The translations under genes and the position numbers were made by a program. 64,000 bases of DNA from Macrostomum lignano (taxonomy: Eukaryota), in the NCBI GenBank assembly GCA_002269645.1, contig NIVC01000506.1, positions 434,001 through 498,000 of the forward strand. The letters run 5' to 3'. Shown in pieces: positions 50,032 to 57,931 of this stretch; within the stretch, counting starts at the first letter, position 1, and each line of letters opens with the position of its first letter. The notes beneath the pieces were generated by a model. The model was not told where the DNA came from. It saw nothing but the letters and a program-made list of their open reading frames with translations, and searched no databases.

Positions 50032-50655
50032 TCGCGGGCTTTGTACACCCGATGCTATAGTTTCGGGTTCGTAAATACCTAATGTATCTATAGGTGGAGC
50101 TTTGGGTTTGTCCAAACGTAATTCTTTTAATTCTATATCAGTAAAAGTTTCAACATCTAAAATTCTATTTCGATCTTTTAAATATTTTTCATATAATTCA
50201 ACAGCGGTTGATAACTCGTGAATCGTTATCTCTCCATCATCCAATATTTTTTGCACATATAAATATAACTGATTTTTATATTGTTTAGCAACATCTCTTA
50301 ATGATTTATATTTTTCCTTTCTTTTTTTAAGATATAATTTAATTGCTAAAAGTATTAATAAGTTTCTGATTAATTCAAAACCTGATATTGAGCCAATTGA
50401 AATACCTAAAAATAATTGAGATAAATTAAGAGTTGGAATAGATTGTAAAATACCTAAAACGATTACACATAACATTGATAAACTTCCAAATCCAATATTG
50501 AAAAAATCCATATTTCTGATATGGTTTGAAATCCTTCTTACTTTTTTAGCATATAAATCATAATCATAGTTAATACGCTCAACATTACTTAACATGTGGC
50601 CTTTACGTTGGTTAAAATGGTCTCGTTCCCTTTTATCTGCTTCAGACACCGACAT
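49999..50655 (-). CDS. Two-TM membrane protein, 218 aa
   Basis: Two hydrophobic segments followed by a charged helix and an ILDDGEITIHE motif. Confidence 0.7.
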   Translation of the reverse strand: MSVSEADKRERDHFNQRKGHMLSNVERINYDYDLYAKKVRRISNHIRNMDFFNIGFGSLSMLCVIVLGILQSIPTLNLSQLFLGISIGSISGFELIRNLLILLAIKLYLKKRKEKYKSLRDVAKQYKNQLYLYVQKILDDGEITIHELSTAVELYEKYLKDRNRILDVETFTDIELKELRLDKPKAPPIDTLGIYEPETIASGVQSPRSGSAVELNVV

Positions 50656-50971
50656 TCTCGTCTATTTTTAATAGCACTAAAATGAATTCCCCGCGCTCTT
50701 TGGGGATTTGTCCCGAGCTCAATAGGTATTGTATCGGAGTGATTCTTTCTTTTTTCTCCCATTTAAATCCAATTTTCCAAAACTCTTGAAGTATAATATG
50801 ATTTTTTAACAATTTAATTAATTCTTGAAGTTTCTTATTATCCTGAACATTTACAGTACTAAATAAAAATTTGGTATGAGATTTGAATGTTTTTATATTT
50901 GATTCTTGTTTAGGAATAGGAATGATAACATTATTATTTTGTCTCATCGATGGTGTTCTACTAAAAGCCAT
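50642..50971 (-). CDS. Polinton hypothetical protein, 109 aa
   Basis: ORF with TATAAAATG context. Confidence 0.6.
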   Translation of the reverse strand: MAFSRTPSMRQNNNVIIPIPKQESNIKTFKSHTKFLFSTVNVQDNKKLQELIKLLKNHIILQEFWKIGFKWEKKERITPIQYLLSSGQIPKERGEFILVLLKIDENVGV

Positions 50972-50986
50972 TTTATATATAAATAT

Positions 50987-52858
50987 TTAGATTTGTACGG
51001 GTGGTTTTTCTAAATAAGCGGTAGAAGGAAAAACATAACCAAACGATGTGCTACCACAAACGGCTGCGCCACGAATAAAATGTGCAGCATCTGCTCCTCC
51101 AGTTCGAGCACCAAAACCCATAAGGGTTCCAGTCTTATCCAACGTTCCCCAAGTGCCACTATCATATGTGAAAACGTTCTGCCCAATGAGGGTATAAGAA
51201 TCGGCTGAAACATTGTATGAATTTAATTGATACCAAACCCTTTGATTTAAAATATTAATTTCAAATAAATGCCAATCGCCGTTATCAATATTTGCATAAT
51301 CTACCGTTTGATCTGCGTCAGTATTAACATCCGCGCGGCTTGATCCGTCTGATTTTTTATTACTCCATACAACGCCAAATTTATCATGCCACTCACTTGC
51401 AAAAACTATCAATCCGGCGTCTGTTGCTAAACCTGCCCCACTTTCAGTTGTTGGTCGTTCGTGACAATATGCATAAAACCAAACGGCATCTGCACCATCT
51501 CCTGCAGAATTGGCAACTCGGAAAAAGAAAGACGCAGATATATTTTGAAAATGTGTGAAATTAAATTGTAAAGCACCACTGACCCCACCAGTTTCACGAG
51601 TAATTCTAGCACCATTTTGATAATCGATATAAGAAGCGTCACCAATTAAAGAACCAACTGGATATATATCTCCAGCGGTTGTTGGATTTTGATATCCAGT
51701 CCAATTACAAATTACTGGCTCGAATAATGCGGCATCAATGGCGGGAATATTATCCAATTTATTTTTATCACCGGCAGACATTCTACCATTTGAAGTTGGA
51801 GTTGCTACCTGATCTACGTACGCCCGCGGGGTTGCAGATAGTATTTCATTTGGCCAATTAAGATCTTGAATTTCAACTCGGTGTTCAAATAATTGTATTA
51901 GACGAACCTCGATAGGTTGTGTAGCGGTGCCACCAGTTGGGAATAAAACGCTATAATATTTCCAAAAATTAACCGTTAAATTAGTTAACGCAAATGAAGT
52001 TGCTTGAATTGGTGATCCCGACGTTCGTAATACCGTCCATGCATCGGTAGCAACATTTTTTGCACGAACCGACCATCCCGATGGAATATCAATAGTTGCG
52101 CTGCCTGTAATTCTTAATTCATTTATTCTTCGATTATAACCTAAAAATTCAAATTGAATTTCCATATTGGTTGTGGTTCCGGTATTTGGTGACCATTGTG
52201 TCGCAAGGCTTCCATCTCCAACTCGAAAAGCATCGTTGGTATTTTCGGATGCTGTAAGAACAACATCTGGATTTGAAGTATTTGATGTAAGCGGCGTGGC
52301 AAAAATATCGGCGTCGGTTACATTAGCTCGAGCGTTGACCTGCCCTAAATTGACCGAGTCTGTGGCCTCTGTTCCAAATAATAAATTTGTTAATTTAAAA
52401 TTATTCATATTGATATTGCCGTTACGACTACCCACCTGATTATCGACATAGTTCTTATCAACTACTGAGTTATTCGTTGTAATTGCAACATTTATAATTC
52501 GATTGTTGTCCATATCTAAGGTTCCGGTTGCGGTGGCTTGAACATAACGCGAATCAGAATCAGTTCGAGAATAAGAATCAGTTATATCTCTTTTTAAATT
52601 TAACCCAGTGTCAACCTCTGATTTTGTATATGAATCGCTAATATCTCTTTTAAGATTTAATGAAGTATCGATTTCAGTTTTGGTATAGGAATCTGCAACA
52701 TTCCGTTTCAAATTTAGTTTAGTATCAACTTCACTTTTTTTATAACCTTCATCTTCATTAATATATCGATTATCTCCGAAGGTAACACTTATTCCACCAG
52801 ACGTACCACCACCAGTACTTGTTGTTCCGTTCCATGAGGGTGTTCCAGAAAATATCAT
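50987..52858 (-). CDS. Fibre/receptor-binding-like protein, 623 aa, with N-terminal shaft repeats and a C-terminal lectin-like (ConA/L-type) domain
   Basis: Repeats (Y.KSEVDT.LNLKR.I.DS)x3; phage-fibre-like LDMDNNRIINV and INMNNFKLTNL...DSVNLGQV; C-terminal SASFFFRV...GDGADAVWF...DNGDWHLFEINI. Confidence 0.7.
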   Translation of the reverse strand: MIFSGTPSWNGTTSTGGGTSGGISVTFGDNRYINEDEGYKKSEVDTKLNLKRNVADSYTKTEIDTSLNLKRDISDSYTKSEVDTGLNLKRDITDSYSRTDSDSRYVQATATGTLDMDNNRIINVAITTNNSVVDKNYVDNQVGSRNGNINMNNFKLTNLLFGTEATDSVNLGQVNARANVTDADIFATPLTSNTSNPDVVLTASENTNDAFRVGDGSLATQWSPNTGTTTNMEIQFEFLGYNRRINELRITGSATIDIPSGWSVRAKNVATDAWTVLRTSGSPIQATSFALTNLTVNFWKYYSVLFPTGGTATQPIEVRLIQLFEHRVEIQDLNWPNEILSATPRAYVDQVATPTSNGRMSAGDKNKLDNIPAIDAALFEPVICNWTGYQNPTTAGDIYPVGSLIGDASYIDYQNGARITRETGGVSGALQFNFTHFQNISASFFFRVANSAGDGADAVWFYAYCHERPTTESGAGLATDAGLIVFASEWHDKFGVVWSNKKSDGSSRADVNTDADQTVDYANIDNGDWHLFEINILNQRVWYQLNSYNVSADSYTLIGQNVFTYDSGTWGTLDKTGTLMGFGARTGGADAAHFIRGAAVCGSTSFGYVFPSTAYLEKPPVQI

Positions 52859-52868
52859 TTTTTACTGT

Positions 52869-53309
52869 CTATTTTATAGAGTCTAAAATAGTCTTAAATA
52901 CTTTGTGGTTTACACGAGCTTCATTCGAAAGTCGATATAAAAAATATAACGCTGCTTGTCCGCAATAACTTTTATCAAAGGTTTGAAACTGTTCGTGATG
53001 ATCTCCACATAAACGATTTTTAGTATGATTAAATTTATCTTTTATTTCCTGTAACGGAGGAAGCGCGTATGAATCAAAAAAATAAACAAGTTTAGGTTTG
53101 GAATAAACTGCCGACCAATGAGCCCCGTTTTCTTTTGTAGTTTCGATGTTGACAATGTAAGATCCATATTGTGGTAAGTCTTTTATCTCATCCCGCATCA
53201 CACATCTAAATGGTTTTATTTTTAACTGCCTCGCCCAATTTGTTAATTCGATATTGCTTGTTGTGTCTGTTCCATATCTTTGTTTAAAATCATCCCACGT
53301 CATGGTCAT
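52869..53309 (-). CDS. PRO: Adenain-like (C5) cysteine maturation protease, 146 aa
   Basis: GAHW...FFDSY...FQ...SYCGQ, the His-Asp-Gln-Cys catalytic order. Confidence 0.92.
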   Translation of the reverse strand: MTMTWDDFKQRYGTDTTSNIELTNWARQLKIKPFRCVMRDEIKDLPQYGSYIVNIETTKENGAHWSAVYSKPKLVYFFDSYALPPLQEIKDKFNHTKNRLCGDHHEQFQTFDKSYCGQAALYFLYRLSNEARVNHKVFKTILDSIK

Positions 53310-53310
53310 T

Positions 53311-53481
53311 TTATGTTCCTGAAAAACTCTTGGTTTTAGTTAGTTTCGTAGGTGTGGGTTTTAACAGCTCCTTTCGGATTTTTTCTGCCTGTAATTGTTT
53401 TAATTTTGTTAATTCGATTTCATAATTATCTTCAGCTTTTTTAACTTTTTCCGTTTGTTTTTTTATAGCATTGTTACCCAT
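53311..53481 (-). CDS. Small basic protein, 56 aa (MGNNAIKKQTEK...), below the ORF-track cut-off
   Basis: Manual translation; TAAAAATG start context; fills the gap between penton and protease exactly. Confidence 0.6.
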   Translation of the reverse strand: MGNNAIKKQTEKVKKAEDNYEIELTKLKQLQAEKIRKELLKPTPTKLTKTKSFSGT

Positions 53482-53525
53482 TTTTACTATGGGAAACGGA
53501 CGATGTCCTCGAACCTTTGGTTCGG

Positions 53526-54311
53526 CTAAACCTGTTTTATACGTAAAATTACTGTTATTGATTGCCCACCAAAACTTATTAATCTATCGGTTTCATCTAC
53601 AATCCTAATATAAATTGATTGAACACTATATTGATTTAATGGGTAATATATTGGGGTTTGGGGTGAAACAATCATTTTCTCTCCAATTGGAACAGCAAGA
53701 AATGGGATGGAATAAATAATTCCACGTTGAACCAAAACTCCATTATTATCTGTTATATAACCGCCGTTTGATATGTCGGTTGTTATATTAATTGTATTAA
53801 CACCACCCTCAATATTTCCAACTGTATCACCGGTGCTTGATGTGGTAACTATTCGGGAATTAAATCCAAGTATGGTTCTGAGTGAATTTGCAATTGTGAA
53901 ATCAACCTGATATCCGGATTCGAGTGATAGTGTGAATCTGCCAGATGGTAAATCAACCCCTATAACAATCGCGCCTGCTACCCAATCGCCGTTAGATGTT
54001 AATTCTCCTTCTATATAAGCATTCAAATCGGTATAAGAATATGCTCCTGGGTTAACGCTAAATGTTGTCCAATTGGCTCCGGAATCTTTAGAATATCTAA
54101 ATTGATTATTTGTTGCATTAATTAATTGAGGCATGTTAAAAACCGAAAATAGTATCAAACCTATTTGATAACTTAGGCTTTGATCAAGTTGTAACGGGTC
54201 GCGCAATTGAATACGTTGTTAACTGGTTGTCATTATAAACTGTAAGGTTGTACTAAATTTTAAATTAGTTCGATCTACCAATTGTTTTATAGTATTTAAA
54301 TTTGTAGTCAT
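53526..54311 (-). pseudogene. mCP: Minor capsid protein (penton, single jelly-roll) with an in-frame TAA at codon 31 (54219-54221)
   Basis: ATG at 54311 with TATAAAAATG context. The frame reads LQFIMTTS*QRIQLRDPLQLDQSLSYQIGL..., followed by INATNNQFRY, PGAYSYTDLN, VNTINITTDI, PQTPIYYPL and ISFGGQSITVILRIK, all typical of Polinton pentons. Confidence 0.85.
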
Positions 54312-54350
54312 TTTTATAGTGGGAAATTATTCGTACCGAAGGTACGCGTG

Positions 54351-55112
54351 CTATTCACGATCCTCATCGTCCTCTTTCATCAGATCTTTTAAGATTCGAT
54401 TTTTCCTTTCTAACCTTGGGTTGATATATATATGTTTGTATTGGCTATCATCCCAAATTTTTTTACACATACTTTTAAATGGTTTTGCATCCAACCCGGG
54501 ATTAAATCTAGCGTGTATATTTTGTAAATCATAATTATCTAAATCAAACATTACACAACAACTTGCATTCTTTTTTATAATCGATTCTAATTCTCTAAAG
54601 GACTGTGTTAGATAAAAAGCTCCAATTCCATCTCCTCTACCACTAACAAAAATTTCCTTTTGCAATTCTTGATCACCGTCATTAATACAATCATCAAAAA
54701 TAATTAGTGTTTTATCATGTTTTGGAATTTGATCATAGGCTAATCGGGTTGATACTCTAACAGTTGGGGCTCGTTCGGTGATGTTTTCTGGTTGTTGTGC
54801 CATTGTTTTACATAAATCCTCAATGTCATCGAGTGTAAATCGCGGATCGTCATCATCCTCATATTGCTCATATGCTCTTAACATTCTAAACAAGACATCT
54901 TTTTTTAATTTGTTTTTTAATCCATGTTTAAGAAATTCATAATATTTTATTCTAGGTTTGTTAGTATAAATTATTAAATTATTATAGTCTAACATTCCAT
55001 CTGTTGTTAATAAATCGTAAACAAAGTGTGTTTTTCCTTTACCTGATCCTCCGATTACTAAACAAAGAAAAGGATCATTTGGAAATATCTTATCGTTTTT
55101 TGCCTTTACCAT
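54351..55112 (-). CDS. ATPase: A32-like (FtsK/HerA) genome packaging ATPase, 253 aa
   Basis: Walker A VIGGSGKGKT, Walker B LIIFDD, and R..GIGAFYLTQ. Confidence 0.95.
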   Translation of the reverse strand: MVKAKNDKIFPNDPFLCLVIGGSGKGKTHFVYDLLTTDGMLDYNNLIIYTNKPRIKYYEFLKHGLKNKLKKDVLFRMLRAYEQYEDDDDPRFTLDDIEDLCKTMAQQPENITERAPTVRVSTRLAYDQIPKHDKTLIIFDDCINDGDQELQKEIFVSGRGDGIGAFYLTQSFRELESIIKKNASCCVMFDLDNYDLQNIHARFNPGLDAKPFKSMCKKIWDDSQYKHIYINPRLERKNRILKDLMKEDDEDRE

Positions 55113-55161
55113 TTTTAAAGAAATAATTTAAATAGGCGCGACGGTCGGAGACCTGCGCCGC

Positions 55162-56634
55162 CTACAGCGGGGCGTCCCGAACAATCGTGCCATCAGCTTT
55201 AGCAATTGACATATATTCCTCTAGAAACAATACGTGTGCGTCTATTGCCTGATTACCAGTTTTATTAATCTCTAACATATAATTAAGTCCAATATTGGCT
55301 ACGTTTTCTTTCTGTGCCGTTAGATCATAAACAACCACTGGATGAATGTTTAGAAACTCTGTGGGTGTGTACTGAGGGATGGCATACGCTTCATTTTTGG
55401 CATAATCTTGATAATATTTTATAAAATCATTAACATTATTATTTGCTATATTTAAATTTAGGGGGTCTTTAACCGGATAATATTGATCATCAACCTGCAG
55501 GCGGATATTCTGAACATTAAACTCGTTAATAGCTGCAGCCGCATTGTCTGTTGCGGTGGCTGCTTGTTCTGCTATGGCACCGGATTGAAGCCAATATAAA
55601 TCCCCATTTGCTCTTTTACTCCTTCTGTTTGTTATTTTAAACCAAACAAAAATATATCTCACCCGACGTTTTGATGTCAGTATTTGCCACTGGAATGAAT
55701 CCTGATTGTTATTAATGGTTCGCATAAAGTGTCTACGATTCAAATAAAATATTTCCTGATCATGCGTTAACTGATTATCGATGTGTTTTAAAAGTGGGGC
55801 TGTTGCCTCAATGGTTGGTACGACTAATTGAATTGAATCTATACGAACTGCTATATCGGTTGAAATTGAGGTTCCATAAAGTATCCTAGGCTGATATCCA
55901 CCAGATATTTGCAACTGTATCCCAAATTTTAATCCTTTCCATACCCGATTTGGTGAGAAAAACCCAAATAGTGGGAAGATTGAAAAGTCCTGCTCATATG
56001 CCGTTGCCGTGGTTAAAACTGCAACTGGGAATTTATTCTGACGATCTATAAAGCCGGTGTTAATATCTTTTGTATTAGTCATAGTGGTTACAACTGGAAC
56101 TATGTTTGTATTAAGGTAAGCAATTAGAGCTGCAGTATCTGCACCAGCTGCGTTTTGTACATTAGGGAAAACTACTGCTTGACCGTTACCTTTATCCGGC
56201 ATCCACCCAACATTATCACCAACTTGTTTTGATAAATAAGTATAATTTAAATGTTTCAAAACTCCATTAATCTCTGCGGGGTTTGATGATGTCTCAACCT
56301 CAGCACCATTAACAGTTAGTTGAGCTTGGGAAAAACATTTATAAAACCAATCATTTTCTATTATTATTCCGGATCGATCTGCGATATCTCCGGCTGCAAG
56401 AGCAGTTCCATCATTTCTAGTATACAACCATCTAACGCGGAAAAACGCATTTTTCATATCCAATATAGTGTTGGTTGCGCCGATGTCAAAAGTTACCGTT
56501 CCAGTAGTAAAGTTATTTGAATTATCACTTGTTGGTAGGGTATAATTTAAATCTCTTGCTTTGACCTCATTAATATACTGTCGGTGCTTTTTGAAATGAA
56601 ATTTATCACTCCACATAGTTTTTGTTTCAGCCAT
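55162..56634 (-). CDS. MCP: Major capsid protein (double jelly-roll), 490 aa
   Basis: Size, position next to ATPase/penton, and motifs FSQAQLTVNGAEVE, RYIFVWF, NIRLQVDDQYYP, HPVVVYDLTAQ. Confidence 0.9.
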   Translation of the reverse strand: MAETKTMWSDKFHFKKHRQYINEVKARDLNYTLPTSDNSNNFTTGTVTFDIGATNTILDMKNAFFRVRWLYTRNDGTALAAGDIADRSGIIIENDWFYKCFSQAQLTVNGAEVETSSNPAEINGVLKHLNYTYLSKQVGDNVGWMPDKGNGQAVVFPNVQNAAGADTAALIAYLNTNIVPVVTTMTNTKDINTGFIDRQNKFPVAVLTTATAYEQDFSIFPLFGFFSPNRVWKGLKFGIQLQISGGYQPRILYGTSISTDIAVRIDSIQLVVPTIEATAPLLKHIDNQLTHDQEIFYLNRRHFMRTINNNQDSFQWQILTSKRRVRYIFVWFKITNRRSKRANGDLYWLQSGAIAEQAATATDNAAAAINEFNVQNIRLQVDDQYYPVKDPLNLNIANNNVNDFIKYYQDYAKNEAYAIPQYTPTEFLNIHPVVVYDLTAQKENVANIGLNYMLEINKTGNQAIDAHVLFLEEYMSIAKADGTIVRDAPL

Positions 56635-56668
56635 TTTTTTAAGTTAAAAAAGTTTTTTATGTTAAAAA

Positions 56669-57340
56669 ATGAGTCAATTTATGGACGTTGATGGAGAGTT
56701 AGCGATTTATAAAGAGAAGCAAAGATATTCTGATTTTGTTAGAAATTTACAAAAAAGAAAGTTAGGAATACAATTAGCTGGCGAAAGATTTGCTGCTCCT
56801 TTTGTTAATCCTATTACGGGGAAAATTAGTGAACTAGAAAAAACAGATAAAGACCTTCTGGAAAAAATTGCTACGAATACTGAGCCAAAAGAGGATGAAA
56901 TTTTGGATGAGCCGCCTGCTTATGGTGTTGCTCATGCACAATTGAGAGTTGCAGAGATTAGACGTGCAGAAAGGAATGGAGTTGAACAATATCAGAGAGC
57001 TGCACCACAAAGTATTGCTGTGATGGATTTAGGTAATGATAATTATCGAATTGGTGGAGTTGATAAAAATCAGAATGAACTATATACAGAATTGGGTGGA
57101 GCGTTTAATATTATTATGAACCCTAGGGTAAAGTTTAACCCTGAATTATATACTAGAGATGAATTAGTAAGTGCAAAAATTTTTTATGATGAGTTGGGAA
57201 TAAGAGCTGCTAAAAATACCAGCTTGTATAAAAGGATTGTTGATTCTATAAATAACAAACCGGTCGTTGGTGAAGGATTTAAAACTCCTAGAAAACTTGT
57301 TTTAGCTGCTGCGAAAGCTGCTGGACATACTGGTGTTTAA
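56669..57340 (+). CDS. Polinton hypothetical protein, 223 aa
   Basis: Clean ORF, divergent from the MCP gene. Confidence 0.75.
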   Translation: MSQFMDVDGELAIYKEKQRYSDFVRNLQKRKLGIQLAGERFAAPFVNPITGKISELEKTDKDLLEKIATNTEPKEDEILDEPPAYGVAHAQLRVAEIRRAERNGVEQYQRAAPQSIAVMDLGNDNYRIGGVDKNQNELYTELGGAFNIIMNPRVKFNPELYTRDELVSAKIFYDELGIRAAKNTSLYKRIVDSINNKPVVGEGFKTPRKLVLAAAKAAGHTGV

Positions 57341-57367
57341 TTAATTGTTAAATTTATTTTTTATAAA

Positions 57368-57931
57368 ATGGATGAAACAAAAATTTGTACTACGTGTAAA
57401 ATTGAGAAACCGATGACTAAAGAATTTTTTTGTTGGAGAAACGACACAAAAAAATTTAAAAATCTTTGTCGATCTTGTGAGAAAGTTAAATGTACTATGT
57501 GGAGAATAAACAATAAAGATAAATGTAATAAATATGCAAAAAATAAATATCACACTGATGAAAATTACAAACAGATTGTTTTAATTAGAGGTAGAATAAA
57601 TTGGGCATTGAGAACTTTTCATGACAAACATTATATCTCCTATCTTGGTTGCACAAAAGAATTCTTTTTTGATTGGTTAAATTTCACAAGAAATTATTAT
57701 GTGTCAAAAGATTATACTGGAAAATTAGATATTGATCATTTCATTCCCGCTTCTTCATTTAGTTACAAAGACGAAGATCAGATTAAAAAGTCTGAAAATT
57801 GGAGAAATAAAAGATACTTAACTAGCGTAGATAATAACTATAAAAAAGTTCAACAACCAACCATTGAAGAGTTTGCAAAACAATTGGTGCTATCATGTAT
57901 TTTTAAGGCTATTAAAAATGAGCAACCGTAG
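57368..57931 (+). CDS. Free-standing His-Me finger (HNH / endonuclease VII-like) nuclease with an N-terminal CxxC..CxxC Zn finger, 187 aa
   Basis: KICTTCKIEK...CRSC Zn finger; RGRINWAL..YLGC....WL; LDIDHFIP.SSF...NWRN......DN pattern, as in NCLDV/phage HNH-type nucleases. Confidence 0.75.
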   Translation: MDETKICTTCKIEKPMTKEFFCWRNDTKKFKNLCRSCEKVKCTMWRINNKDKCNKYAKNKYHTDENYKQIVLIRGRINWALRTFHDKHYISYLGCTKEFFFDWLNFTRNYYVSKDYTGKLDIDHFIPASSFSYKDEDQIKKSENWRNKRYLTSVDNNYKKVQQPTIEEFAKQLVLSCIFKAIKNEQP

